Shown here: positions 10,760-20,880 of the stretch, in pieces
Position numbering within the stretch: position 1 is the first letter of the stretch
Layout of the letters: every line of letters starts with the position of its first letter
Origin: Pseudomonadota bacterium
GTDB taxonomy: Bacteria; Campylobacterota; Campylobacteria; Campylobacterales; Sulfurimonadaceae
Reading direction: 5' to 3'
NCBI GenBank assembly: GCA_043797085.1
Contig: JAZDQA010000014.1
Coordinates: forward strand, 32,001-96,000
Length of the DNA stretch: 64,000 nt
Made by a program: the position numbers and the translations under genes
The notes under the pieces: generated by a model
What the model saw: the letters and a program-made list of their open reading frames with translations, nothing else
Database searches by the model: none
What the model was told of the DNA's origin: nothing

Positions 10760-11209
10760 ATGAAAGTATTATTAACTAAAGATGTTAAAGGTGTTGGAAA
10801 AACAGGTGAAATTAAAGAAGTAGCAGACGGTTACGGTAAGAATTTTCTTATCGGAAAAGGTCTTGCACTTCTTGCAACTCACGAAGTATTAAAAAAATAC
10901 GAGTCCGATCAGCGTAAAAAAACAGCCCATGAAGCTGCTGAAATTGAACGCTTAAATGCTATCAAAGCAACGCTGGCAGAGATAAAAGTAGTTATCAAGA
11001 AAAAACTTGGCGATACGGGACATCTTTTTGGTTCCGTCACTAAAGATGAAATTGCTCAGGCATTACATGATCAATACGCTATCGAGATCGATAAAAAAGA
11101 ACTGGATGCAAAACACGGCATTAAAACCGTTGGATTACATGACTTAGACCTTAAACTTGGGCATGGAATTCACGCGACATTGCATCTTGAAATCCAAGGT
11201 CTCTCGTGA
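10760..11209 (+). CDS. rplI: 50S ribosomal protein L9
   Basis: [30 protein letters not shown] and LFGSVT. Start re-assigned to ATG 10760 after an AGGAG RBS. Confidence 0.96.
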   Translation: MKVLLTKDVKGVGKTGEIKEVADGYGKNFLIGKGLALLATHEVLKKYESDQRKKTAHEAAEIERLNAIKATLAEIKVVIKKKLGDTGHLFGSVTKDEIAQALHDQYAIEIDKKELDAKHGIKTVGLHDLDLKLGHGIHATLHLEIQGLS

Positions 11210-12084
11210 ACAAAGCAGGATTTGTCGCCCTGATAGGACGACCCAATGCTGGTAAAAGTACCATGATGAACTGGATTCTAGGGGAAAAAATTGCTCTAGT
11301 AAGCCAAAAAGCCAATGCTACACGTAAGCGTTCGAATGCTATCGTTATGCACAATGACGATCAAATTATTTTTGTGGATACACCAGGGCTTCATCAAGCT
11401 GAAAAACTTCTCAATCAATACATGCTTGAAGAAGCACTCAAAGCCATTGGGGATTGTGATATAGTTGTTTACTTAGCTCCTGCATCGGATAAAACCAGTT
11501 ATTATGAAAAGTTTTTAGAAATCAATGGAGATAAGCGTAAGCATATTATCGTTTTGAGTAAAATTGATCAAATATCTCAAGCTGATTTACTTAAAAAAAT
11601 TGGCGAATATAATCAATATAGCGATAAATTTGAAGCACTCATACCAATGTCTGTGACTAAAAATGTGGGTAAAAATGACTTACTAAATACGATCGTCAAA
11701 TATTTAGATGAATCTCCCTATCTCTATGATCCTGAGAATATTACCACCGAAATGATACGTACAATCTATAAAGAATTCATTCGTGAAGCCATTTTTGATA
11801 ACATTAGCGACGAAATTCCCTACGAATCTGACGTTTTAATTGACAAGATTGATGAAGATTCCCCAACAGAACATATTCGAGCGACCATTATTGTCGAAAA
11901 AGAATCTCAAAAAGGGATTATTATTGGTAAAGGAGGTGTTGCCATTAAGCGCATCGGGAAAAATGCCCGTGAGAAAATTGAACGTCTTTCCTCTAAACCC
12001 GTTTACCTCGAACTTTTTGTATCGGTTAAAAAAGGGTGGACAACCGACAAAAAATTCTTAAGTGATTTAGGATATGAATGGTAA
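11206..12084 (+). CDS. era: GTPase Era
   Basis: [17 protein letters not shown] and KH-domain [11 protein letters not shown]. Confidence 0.96.
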   Translation: MNKAGFVALIGRPNAGKSTMMNWILGEKIALVSQKANATRKRSNAIVMHNDDQIIFVDTPGLHQAEKLLNQYMLEEALKAIGDCDIVVYLAPASDKTSYYEKFLEINGDKRKHIIVLSKIDQISQADLLKKIGEYNQYSDKFEALIPMSVTKNVGKNDLLNTIVKYLDESPYLYDPENITTEMIRTIYKEFIREAIFDNISDEIPYESDVLIDKIDEDSPTEHIRATIIVEKESQKGIIIGKGGVAIKRIGKNAREKIERLSSKPVYLELFVSVKKGWTTDKKFLSDLGYEW

Positions 12085-13049
12085 AAAAACTTTTATTACT
12101 TCCCCTTTTCATAAACTCTCTTGTTGCAGGGGAGGTAATGGATCTTTATCGCAGCGGAGGAATGAATGCTATTGCCAAAGAGATCGACCACGGACTTGGT
12201 GATTCAAGTTTTTGGCATTCAAAAATTTCAAATAAAGATCTCAAATTTGGCTATTATGAAGCCACAGATACCCTGCTTGTATGCGAAAAAGATCAACCAA
12301 GTTTAAGTTTATATCGTAAAGAAAATAAAGGGAAACAAGAACGCTTTGCCCTTTTAAAAACCATTCCGGCATTTACAGGAAAATATGATGGAGATAAACT
12401 AAGCGCCGGAGATCGCCGTACCCCTATTGGAATTTATTCTCTGACCCAAAAGCTATCCACCGTAGACCCTTTTTATGGACCAATGGCATTTGTCACATCT
12501 TATCCCAATTTATATGATCGTATTCGAGGAAAAAGCGGCGACGGTATTTGGATACATGGGCAACCGGCCTCCGGTGATCGAGATAATTTTACAAAAGGGT
12601 GTATTGTTATTGATAACAATGAATTAAGCAATCTTGATCAAAAAATTGATTATAAAAACACACTTCTAGTTATTGATACCAAACCTAAAGAAAATTTAAA
12701 CGTCCCCTACGCAACAATCATCGCGCAGCTCTACCAATGGCGATATGCATGGAAATATAATGATTTTCAGACCTATCTCTCTTTTTACGACACTACTTTT
12801 ATCCGTCATGACGGAATGGAATATTACGATTTTAAAAATTATAAACAGCGTATTTTTGACAAAAAAGAGTTAAAAGAGATTCTTCTCTCCAATCTCAATA
12901 TTATCCCTTATCCAGGTGACCGACAAAATCTTTTTATGGTCACGTTTGATGAAATTTATACCAGCAACAATTATACGTTCAGCGGACCAAAAACTTTAAT
13001 GCTCCTCCTTAACACCGATAAATCTATTTCTATTCTTTCTGAGCTTTAA
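12078..13049 (+). CDS. L,D-transpeptidase/carboxypeptidase family protein (Csd6/Pgp2-like)
   Basis: GDRRTPIGIY, YGPMAFVTSYPN and GIWIHG...TKGC (YkuD His/Cys); C-terminal NTF2-like region. Confidence 0.85.
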   Translation: MVKKLLLLPLFINSLVAGEVMDLYRSGGMNAIAKEIDHGLGDSSFWHSKISNKDLKFGYYEATDTLLVCEKDQPSLSLYRKENKGKQERFALLKTIPAFTGKYDGDKLSAGDRRTPIGIYSLTQKLSTVDPFYGPMAFVTSYPNLYDRIRGKSGDGIWIHGQPASGDRDNFTKGCIVIDNNELSNLDQKIDYKNTLLVIDTKPKENLNVPYATIIAQLYQWRYAWKYNDFQTYLSFYDTTFIRHDGMEYYDFKNYKQRIFDKKELKEILLSNLNIIPYPGDRQNLFMVTFDEIYTSNNYTFSGPKTLMLLLNTDKSISILSEL

Positions 13050-13050
13050 T

Positions 13051-14349
13051 ATGAAAATAATCGTATTTCTTCTTTTTGTAACATTTTCATACGCTCTTCC
13101 TTTTTCATTTATAAAACACGAAACATCCAAAAATGACGGACCGACATTATTAGTTATAGGCGGTATTCATGGAAATGAGCCGGGAAGTTATTTTGCCGCT
13201 TCCATCCTTTCTCAATACTACACTATTAGTAAAGGAAATCTTTGGATTGTACCTAATCTAAATGCTCTTAGCATTGCAATGAACAGTCGTGGTATTCATG
13301 GGGATATGAATCGAAAATTTGCCGATATCAATGCAACCGATCCTGATATTAAAATCGTTAAAGAGATCCAAAAAATCATAACGGATCCCAAAGTCGATCT
13401 TATTTTAAATTTACACGATGGTCATGGTTTTTATCGAAAGGAATATCAAAATACTATTTTTAATCCTAGTGCATGGGGGCAAACGTGTGTTATAGATCAA
13501 GAAGCACTCGATGGAGATCACCCGTATAAAAATTTAGACAAAATTGCGTTAGCCGTTCAGCAAGAAGTCAATGACGGTCTCATCGAAAACCATCACTGTT
13601 TTGCCATACGTAACACTAACACCCGTTTTGATGATGAAGCGATGAAGCACTCTCTCACTTTTTTTGCTATTAATCAAAATAAACCGGCATTTGCCATCGA
13701 AACCAGTAAAAACCTTCCTACCCTCAATGAAAAAGTCTTTTATCAATTACGCGCAATTGAGGGTTATATGCGTTATATGGGGATTGAATATACGCGATCT
13801 TTCGATTTAAGCAGTGAAAATCTTAAAAGTATCCTAAAATATGATGGAAATGTTACAATTAATAACACAACAGCACTGAATTTTGAAAACTTAAGAAATG
13901 AATTAAGTTTCATTCCGTTACAATCAGAGAGTAATGAATTTAAATTTTCCCATCCGTTGGGATTTGTAGTACAAAAAAGTAATAAGTATGATCTTTATAT
14001 TGGGAATAGAAAGACAAGTTCACTAACACCAAGTTTCCATGAAACAAGTATGCATGATGAAAATGTTACAATTGAAGTTGATAACAATCAAAGAATCATC
14101 ACTTTTGCTACAGAATTTTTAGTAACTGCCGATTTTAAGGTTATACTTCATAATAAAGATATTCGAGTGAATATAATTGGTTATTCACCTAAAAAAGGGA
14201 CGGATGAAGCTAACATGCGTGTTAGCATGAAAGATTTAGATCCTAAATATTCACTCGATCGAGACCATCAGGTTTATCGAGTTGAGTTTTATAGAGGCAA
14301 CCGTTTTTGTGGGATGATTCTCGCACATTTTAAACAGGACACGAAATGA
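13051..14349 (+). CDS. M14/M99 peptidoglycan carboxypeptidase (Csd4/Pgp1-like)
   Basis: GGIHGNEPG, DMNRKF, NLHDGHGFY and AFAIETSK. Confidence 0.85.
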   Translation: MKIIVFLLFVTFSYALPFSFIKHETSKNDGPTLLVIGGIHGNEPGSYFAASILSQYYTISKGNLWIVPNLNALSIAMNSRGIHGDMNRKFADINATDPDIKIVKEIQKIITDPKVDLILNLHDGHGFYRKEYQNTIFNPSAWGQTCVIDQEALDGDHPYKNLDKIALAVQQEVNDGLIENHHCFAIRNTNTRFDDEAMKHSLTFFAINQNKPAFAIETSKNLPTLNEKVFYQLRAIEGYMRYMGIEYTRSFDLSSENLKSILKYDGNVTINNTTALNFENLRNELSFIPLQSESNEFKFSHPLGFVVQKSNKYDLYIGNRKTSSLTPSFHETSMHDENVTIEVDNNQRIITFATEFLVTADFKVILHNKDIRVNIIGYSPKKGTDEANMRVSMKDLDPKYSLDRDHQVYRVEFYRGNRFCGMILAHFKQDTK

Positions 14350-15893
14350 GCATACAAAATACATTTTCCACCATCCTATCTGCCAACCCATACCGAAAAG
14401 ATTTTTATCTTAGTACGCTTAATAGCATCACGGATATAGCATCACCTTCCTTTTCAAAAGAGCAGTATGCTATTTCTTTTTTAAATACAAAAAGTTTTAT
14501 CTCAGCACTTGTCGGGATAAGTAAAAATGTCCCCGATGATGACATATATGATGCTTTAGAAAATAAGGTCTACGAAGAGCTTGCTTTGGATATGGCAGTA
14601 GAATATCAAATTCAATACGTTGAAGCTCTCAATCGTATTAGTGAAAATGAAAGATTTTTTCATGTTTTCGTGGTTGATCCTCTTTTATTAGAACAAGAGT
14701 TTGCACCCATTATTGATGCCATAAAGTACATTGATCAAATTGTACCAGTGGCATTATTGCTTAAATCTTTATATGTTAAAGATTTTATTGAATCCAATGG
14801 TGCTCACGGATTTATCTATTTTCAAGAAAATGATGCTTTTTTTGCTGTTTACAATGAACAAGAATTTATTTATACAAAATCACTAAAATACTCCCTTAAA
14901 CAAATGCATGAACGTTTTTGTGAATTACTGGGCGAACCGATTGATCTAATTACTTTTCAAAATATTCTTGCATCTCAAGGATTTAATGCCAATAATCCTG
15001 AATATCAAAAGAATTTTCTCAAACTTTTTGGCGAAATTTTTCTTCATATTAATGATGTCATTACCTACTCAAAACGAGCTTTCGAAATAAAACAATTTGA
15101 ATCAATTTATATTGGGGCATCTGTAGGCTATATCAGCGGCTTAGATGAATATGCCCAAACCTATCTTGGTCTAAAAGCACACCCATTTGACTTTGATTTT
15201 GGATTCAACACAGGGGAAAAGAATGTTGATCAAATTCATCAACTTATGCATTTGTATGCCCGACTTGAATCAAATGAGCGCTATGAGTGTAATTTTACCA
15301 TTTTTCACAGACCTCCCCCATTTGCAAAACGTGATAGTGGAAAACTTATCCTTGTTACAGCAGCAGCATTAGCTATAGCACTCTTTTACCCTGGAACGTA
15401 TTGGGGACTTTCTTATGTTGAAGAATTTCATTATGCACTTATGAGTCAAGAATACGAACAAGTACATATTGATAAGACAACACGTGAAGCTACCGTAAAT
15501 CTCAAACTTGCCACTAAGAATACAGCTCAAGGTCATCTTGATGAGCAAAAGAGTTCTTATAAACAAAAACAAGACACTCTGATCCAAGTTCATGATAAAA
15601 AAGTAAATTATCCCATGAAAGCAAAAATTGTTGCTGACTTTTCCCGTAGTTTTAATCAATATAGGGTTAAATTAAATTCATTGGGATACACTGAGACAAC
15701 CAATGAAGAAAACAATATTTCAAGTAAATTTTTTAGCTTTATGCTTACGGCTAAAAATACACAAGATATTACGGCTCTGCTAAAACATTTAACTGCAACC
15801 AAAAAAGATACCTATGATTTTGATTTAAAATTAATCTCGTATGATGGTAATAATACAGGCTACCTCAGTGAACTCAAGGCGGTACTCAAATGA
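14346..15893 (+). CDS. Putative PilM/PilN-like fused pilus assembly protein
   Basis: Large cytoplasmic N-terminal domain, single TM near residue 335, then coiled coil. First gene of the secretin cluster. Call is mainly contextual. Confidence 0.5.
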   Translation: MSIQNTFSTILSANPYRKDFYLSTLNSITDIASPSFSKEQYAISFLNTKSFISALVGISKNVPDDDIYDALENKVYEELALDMAVEYQIQYVEALNRISENERFFHVFVVDPLLLEQEFAPIIDAIKYIDQIVPVALLLKSLYVKDFIESNGAHGFIYFQENDAFFAVYNEQEFIYTKSLKYSLKQMHERFCELLGEPIDLITFQNILASQGFNANNPEYQKNFLKLFGEIFLHINDVITYSKRAFEIKQFESIYIGASVGYISGLDEYAQTYLGLKAHPFDFDFGFNTGEKNVDQIHQLMHLYARLESNERYECNFTIFHRPPPFAKRDSGKLILVTAAALAIALFYPGTYWGLSYVEEFHYALMSQEYEQVHIDKTTREATVNLKLATKNTAQGHLDEQKSSYKQKQDTLIQVHDKKVNYPMKAKIVADFSRSFNQYRVKLNSLGYTETTNEENNISSKFFSFMLTAKNTQDITALLKHLTATKKDTYDFDLKLISYDGNNTGYLSELKAVLK

Positions 15894-16525
15894 CATTAAA
15901 TATCGAAAATTATCTTTACAATCTTGATCGTACCCTTTCACTGAAAAGTGATCGTGACAAAATGATGCTTTTTGGAATGATTTTTGCCGGTCTTTTTACT
16001 TTTTCTTATCTTTTATTTTGGGAAAGTGCAGAGGCAGATTTTAAAGCATCACATGAAAAAGCAGTTGCTATGGAAAGTGATTTAAATAACGATAAGCAGT
16101 ATTTAGAGAGCAATCCGCCTGAGCGTATTACCCAAATTGAGCAAGAGACAAAAGCCATTGAATTAGAATATCAACACTATATTCAATATAATACTTACAT
16201 CAAAGACAGATTAGAACAAATTTCTTCACTCTATTATGACGAAGTTATTTGGGGAGCTTATTTAGATTCTATTTCTAAATATGCAAAAGCCCATAATGTT
16301 AAATTAACTCGATTTGGTAATACTCTGACTACTGACAACGGTTCTTTTGGGCACGTTTTGGATATTTCTATTTCTACTGATGCACCATTCAAAAATACAC
16401 TCAAGTTTATCAATGCACTCGAACAGAGTACTCTTGTTGTTGATTTACATGATTTAAATATGACAGCGGATAAAAAACTAAAAAGTGAGCTTAATATTTC
16501 AGTATGGGGGATTGTACGACAATGA
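15890..16525 (+). CDS. Putative PilO-like pilus assembly protein
   Basis: N-terminal TM, coiled coil and ferredoxin-like C-terminus (F.N.LKFINALE); context. Confidence 0.55.
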   Translation: MTLNIENYLYNLDRTLSLKSDRDKMMLFGMIFAGLFTFSYLLFWESAEADFKASHEKAVAMESDLNNDKQYLESNPPERITQIEQETKAIELEYQHYIQYNTYIKDRLEQISSLYYDEVIWGAYLDSISKYAKAHNVKLTRFGNTLTTDNGSFGHVLDISISTDAPFKNTLKFINALEQSTLVVDLHDLNMTADKKLKSELNISVWGIVRQ

Positions 16526-17049
16526 AGACTTTTGCATTAATGCCCCTCATTATTTCTATAACACTGTGTGCCAATAATGATATTAACTCGCCAATGGTAC
16601 TGCCAAATACTGAAAATGTAACAGTTTTGCAACCACAAAATGACAAAGAATTACTTTGGGTAGATGAACAAATCAAAGCAATTGTCCCTTCTCGCGTTGG
16701 AATTTCCGATGGCTTTATAAATTCTCTCCATGATCCTATCAAGTATATAACTCCTGTTCGCCTACCTGGTATTAGCAATGGGTCAACACTTCTTGCCCCA
16801 CCAAAATTGGGAAGTATGTCACTTCTTCCTACTATACCAAAAGTCCTAGTAGAACCATTACGATTGCAGGCCCTTATGAATAAGTCAGCCCTTATCAATG
16901 GCAAATGGTACAAACTAAACGATACGGTACGAAGCTACAGCTTAATTGAAATAAAGCAGAACTCCGTCTTATTAAGTGGTGGAAAAAATCAGCCTTTGAT
17001 TTTATTCCTTCGTAAATCCAATAACAACATCACCATAAATACAAAATAG
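16522..17049 (+). CDS. Exported pilus/T2SS accessory protein (PilP/CtsR-like position)
   Basis: Signal peptide and L.ALMNKSALINGKWY; directly upstream of the secretin; ATGA overlap at 16522. Confidence 0.5.
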   Translation: MKTFALMPLIISITLCANNDINSPMVLPNTENVTVLQPQNDKELLWVDEQIKAIVPSRVGISDGFINSLHDPIKYITPVRLPGISNGSTLLAPPKLGSMSLLPTIPKVLVEPLRLQALMNKSALINGKWYKLNDTVRSYSLIEIKQNSVLLSGGKNQPLILFLRKSNNNITINTK

Positions 17050-17058
17050 GATAGCAAC

Positions 17059-18801
17059 ATGAAATTAGTATTTAAACCCACTACGCGAGCACTCTTATTA
17101 TCTGTAACAACAGCAGCACTGCTTGCGACTCCAATGAGTGCAGACTGTACGTATGAACTCTTTAACATAGCCTCGGTCAAAGGAACTAGTGTCGGTGAAT
17201 TCATTGACCAAATTAGTGATGAATGCGGGATGAGTGTTATTGTCGCGGATTCTGAGGCTGAAAACATTCTCAAAAAACAGATGAATAAAACGTATCTAAA
17301 AAATCTGACCATCAATGAAGTATTGGATCTTATCATCAAAGAAAATGATTTACAATACACACTGCAAGATAACGTTTTAAAAATCACTTACCTTACTACT
17401 AAAACATACAATATCGACTATATAACGACAGAGCGTAAAGGAACAGGCAGTACCAACATCCGGTTAAGCTCAAATTCAGGTACTTCAGCAGGTGCTGGAA
17501 CAACCGGAACAACTTCTTCGACAAATTCACCAAGCAATAGTGCATCCTCGGAATCTGGAACAAATATCACAACAGTGGATGAAGTGAAATTTTGGGAAAC
17601 ATTAGAAAATGAGGTTAAAAGTATATTAAGTCGCCCCGAAGATCAATACAAACAAGCGAAGTCAACCCCTAGCTTAGATTCAAAAGATAAAACAGCAGAG
17701 GAAGACGACCGGCATAATATTTTTATTAATAAAAATGCTGGATTAATAACAGTTACCGGTACGGGTAAACAAATTAAACGTCTTGATACGTATATCAGCG
17801 ATCTTGAGAAAAAAATGCAAACTCAAGTCATGATTGATGTTAAAATGTACAGTGTTGTATTTAATGATGGATCAACAACAGGTATTGATTGGTCGCAGAT
17901 CTATAACCTTCAAAACTTTAAACTCGGGTTCGATAAAGCCAACCGAACCAATGTTGAAGGAAACACTTTTTCTACTGCTTACGAGGGTGATAAAGTACAA
18001 GTAACGGCGATAACAGGAGGAACACCTGCTGCTCCAACGTACGGGTTAATGGATCTTGCCGGTGTACGGGCTCCCGTGGATGCCATGTCAAAGCTTTTCA
18101 CTCTCAGCAACAGTATCAGCATTAACAATCTCCTCATGTTTCTGAAAACGCAAGGAGATGTTTATGCAATTTCAAATCCGAAAATCATGACACTAAATAA
18201 TCAGCCTGCACTTATTACTGCAGGGACAGAATTATTTTATAAAACCTTAACTACTTCAACGCTAGCCGGCGGATCAACAGGAACACAGTCTTCAACTGAG
18301 GTAGTCAGCTCAGTATTTTCAGGTGTTCTTCTAGATATTACTCCTGAAATCTCAAAAGACGGGACGATCACCTTACGTATTAACCCGTCTGTTTCTGAAA
18401 CAGCCAGTGCACTATCAGCTGACAATTCATTGCGTACCATGCCACCCGATTTAAGTCGTCGCCAAATATCCTCAGTCGTATCCGTACAAGATGGCAGTCG
18501 TATTGTTCTGGGTGGCTTGATTAACCGGAAATCAACCAATAATATTACTAAAGTACCTTTTCTTGGGGATATTCCTGTTTTAGGCTACTTGTTTAAACAA
18601 GAAGGAATCAGTGAAAAAGTTGAAGAACTTGTTATTATTATTGAACCCCATATTGTTAAAAAAGATGGTTCGAATGTAGGGCTTTCTGACTTAGGCTACA
18701 GTCGTTTAGCCCCTGCAATGGAAAAAGATCAGATAAAGCAAGCTGTACTAGTCAAAACAGATAAAAGAGACATTAAAGAAATGAAAGAGGATACTAAATA
18801 A
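17059..18801 (+). CDS. Secretin (MshL/CtsD/GspD family)
   Basis: GIDWS, SNPKIMTLNNQPALI, GVLLDITPEI, KVPFLGDIPVLGYLF and ELVIIIEP. Confidence 0.93.
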   Translation: MKLVFKPTTRALLLSVTTAALLATPMSADCTYELFNIASVKGTSVGEFIDQISDECGMSVIVADSEAENILKKQMNKTYLKNLTINEVLDLIIKENDLQYTLQDNVLKITYLTTKTYNIDYITTERKGTGSTNIRLSSNSGTSAGAGTTGTTSSTNSPSNSASSESGTNITTVDEVKFWETLENEVKSILSRPEDQYKQAKSTPSLDSKDKTAEEDDRHNIFINKNAGLITVTGTGKQIKRLDTYISDLEKKMQTQVMIDVKMYSVVFNDGSTTGIDWSQIYNLQNFKLGFDKANRTNVEGNTFSTAYEGDKVQVTAITGGTPAAPTYGLMDLAGVRAPVDAMSKLFTLSNSISINNLLMFLKTQGDVYAISNPKIMTLNNQPALITAGTELFYKTLTTSTLAGGSTGTQSSTEVVSSVFSGVLLDITPEISKDGTITLRINPSVSETASALSADNSLRTMPPDLSRRQISSVVSVQDGSRIVLGGLINRKSTNNITKVPFLGDIPVLGYLFKQEGISEKVEELVIIIEPHIVKKDGSNVGLSDLGYSRLAPAMEKDQIKQAVLVKTDKRDIKEMKEDTK

Positions 18802-18804
18802 CGG

Positions 18805-19614
18805 ATGGAACATTCGCTGTTTATAAAGCCAAAAGAGCTATTTATAGATATAGTTAATCCTCGTGACTATGTTCAAATCGACAGCGTTTCACATATGTAT
18901 CAAAATTTAAAATCTTCAGTGCAAAAGCCACTTAAAATGATTTTACTTTATGGAAGACCCGGAACCGGTAAAAGCATGTTATTGCACAAACTTCATCATG
19001 ACCTTTCAAAACATCAGAAAGTTTTTATGGTGGACATACCTATTATTGATGAAAGTGATTTTTTACGTGTTCTTGCTCAAAAAATTTATGGATATGTAAA
19101 CAGAGAAGCAATTACTCTTACCACTTTCTTAGAACTTGCAAGTGCGATTAACTATCCGCAAACTCCTATTGTTTTACTTGACGAAGCACAACTCTACAGT
19201 TCTGCTTTAATGGAAAAAATTCGACTTATTTCTGATGCACGAGCATTAAAATTTGTTATTACCCTTCATAAAACGGATGATGAGGACATTATTGCTAAAG
19301 AACATTTTCAAACACGTATCTGGGAGAGCATTGAGCTACAAAATGCTTCACCTGAAGAACTTAAAATTTATATTCAAAAAAAATTGCTTAAATCAAATTG
19401 CTTTGACGTCGCCAACATGATAAATGATAAAAATATTAAAATAATTAGTAAACTAACCAAAGGTAATTATCGTGATGCCAACAAACTCATGTTCTCTCTC
19501 TTTTCTCTTTATGCATGGTTTGAAGAGCATCAGCCCAGTAAAATAAATTATACTTCACTTAGACCAAAATACATAGAAATGGCTGCCATTCACACAGGTC
19601 TTATACGTGCTTAA
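18805..19614 (+). CDS. ExeA/MshM-like AAA ATPase (CtsP-like)
   Basis: Walker A GRPGTGKS and Walker B VLLDEAQ. Confidence 0.82.
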   Translation: MEHSLFIKPKELFIDIVNPRDYVQIDSVSHMYQNLKSSVQKPLKMILLYGRPGTGKSMLLHKLHHDLSKHQKVFMVDIPIIDESDFLRVLAQKIYGYVNREAITLTTFLELASAINYPQTPIVLLDEAQLYSSALMEKIRLISDARALKFVITLHKTDDEDIIAKEHFQTRIWESIELQNASPEELKIYIQKKLLKSNCFDVANMINDKNIKIISKLTKGNYRDANKLMFSLFSLYAWFEEHQPSKINYTSLRPKYIEMAAIHTGLIRA

Positions 19615-20329
19615 TATACCTTCACTAGAACGCCGATGGCTTAAATACAAACTAAAACAATCTCTTCCCTACATAGCATTCGCTATCACGGCTTTAATTC
19701 TATGCGTCACTATCATTATAATTTTAAAGGCAGATACTGCGATTTCTACACAGAGTGTCAAAGAACTGGCTACCATAAAAACACCCCCTATTTATGAATC
19801 TCCTATGCTTCTTGAGCCTTCTATGCAGTTTGTACAATCGCTTCCAGCTCCAGTACCGGATACTGTACCGTCAAATCCTATAAAAATCATCCCTGAGATA
19901 GTCGCACCAAAAAAATCAGTATCCAAAATCCCAATATCTCAGACTAAGCCGCTGCTAGCATCACCGTCCATAATACCGATAGTCGTTGCTTCAGCCAAAA
20001 AAACTTCTACGATTAATCGAGATACAGCAGCCTTTGATATTCATGAAATCGAGGAGCGTTTTCAAAACAATTCTAATCCTCATCTAGGACTTTACATCGC
20101 GCGCTACCATTATGATCACGGTAATTACAATGAAGCTTATAATTACTCTTTAAAAACCAACGCGATTAACAATACCATTGAAGAAAGTTGGTTAATCTTT
20201 GCAAAATCAATGGCAAAACTTGGAAAAACTGACCAAGCTAAAAAAACTCTTCAGCTTTATATTTCACAATCAAATTCTGATGCTGCGAAAAGCTTACTGG
20301 ATTCATTGGATAAAGGCGGGTCTAAATGA
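19607..20329 (+). CDS. TM/Pro-rich/TPR protein (CtsX/MshN-like)
   Basis: N-terminal TM, Pro-rich linker and C-terminal TPR-like helices. Confidence 0.65.
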   Translation: MLNIPSLERRWLKYKLKQSLPYIAFAITALILCVTIIIILKADTAISTQSVKELATIKTPPIYESPMLLEPSMQFVQSLPAPVPDTVPSNPIKIIPEIVAPKKSVSKIPISQTKPLLASPSIIPIVVASAKKTSTINRDTAAFDIHEIEERFQNNSNPHLGLYIARYHYDHGNYNEAYNYSLKTNAINNTIEESWLIFAKSMAKLGKTDQAKKTLQLYISQSNSDAAKSLLDSLDKGGSK

Positions 20330-20868
20330 AACTATTTTTACTTATGCTATTTATGCTTTTAAATATTTTGAATGCAGACACAGCCGCTAAGATGTATCAG
20401 TTGTATGAAAAGGGAGAATATATTGCATCCTGCAATCTTGGTCTGCAACATTTTAAAGAATTTGAATCCAATGAAAACTACGTCTCTCTTTATGCTTTTT
20501 CGTGTCTGAAAGCCGATCAAATAGATCGTTTAAATACGCCGCTAATGAGACTAAGCCAAAGCATTGAAGCGCGTGCCAATGCTTCGTATTTTTCGATGTT
20601 GGTGATGCAAAAAAAACTGCTTGTTCAAGCTTTGTATGATAATTTATCCCTCAAATCACTTAAATTTCCTACCAGTTCTCATCTTCTTTCTAAAATTTTC
20701 ACTCTTTACTGTAATAATCCTCAGACAGAAAATACCATTAAAGTATACAGTGATTTAGCGAATAATCGTATTACCTACAAACTGTATCCAATTCTATCAA
20801 ATGGTCGAAAAACGATTGCTATTGATGAATACTATGATAAAATATTAACATTGCACCACGTGTACTAA
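20326..20868 (+). CDS. Exported hypothetical protein in pilus cluster
   Basis: Signal peptide; ATGA-coupled within the operon. Confidence 0.6.
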   Translation: MKLFLLMLFMLLNILNADTAAKMYQLYEKGEYIASCNLGLQHFKEFESNENYVSLYAFSCLKADQIDRLNTPLMRLSQSIEARANASYFSMLVMQKKLLVQALYDNLSLKSLKFPTSSHLLSKIFTLYCNNPQTENTIKVYSDLANNRITYKLYPILSNGRKTIAIDEYYDKILTLHHVY

Positions 20869-20880
20869 GGAATAAATTAT

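Noticed and set aside
17470..17560. Ser/Thr/Gly-rich low-complexity stretch
   Set aside because: Normal disordered linker of MshL-type secretins.
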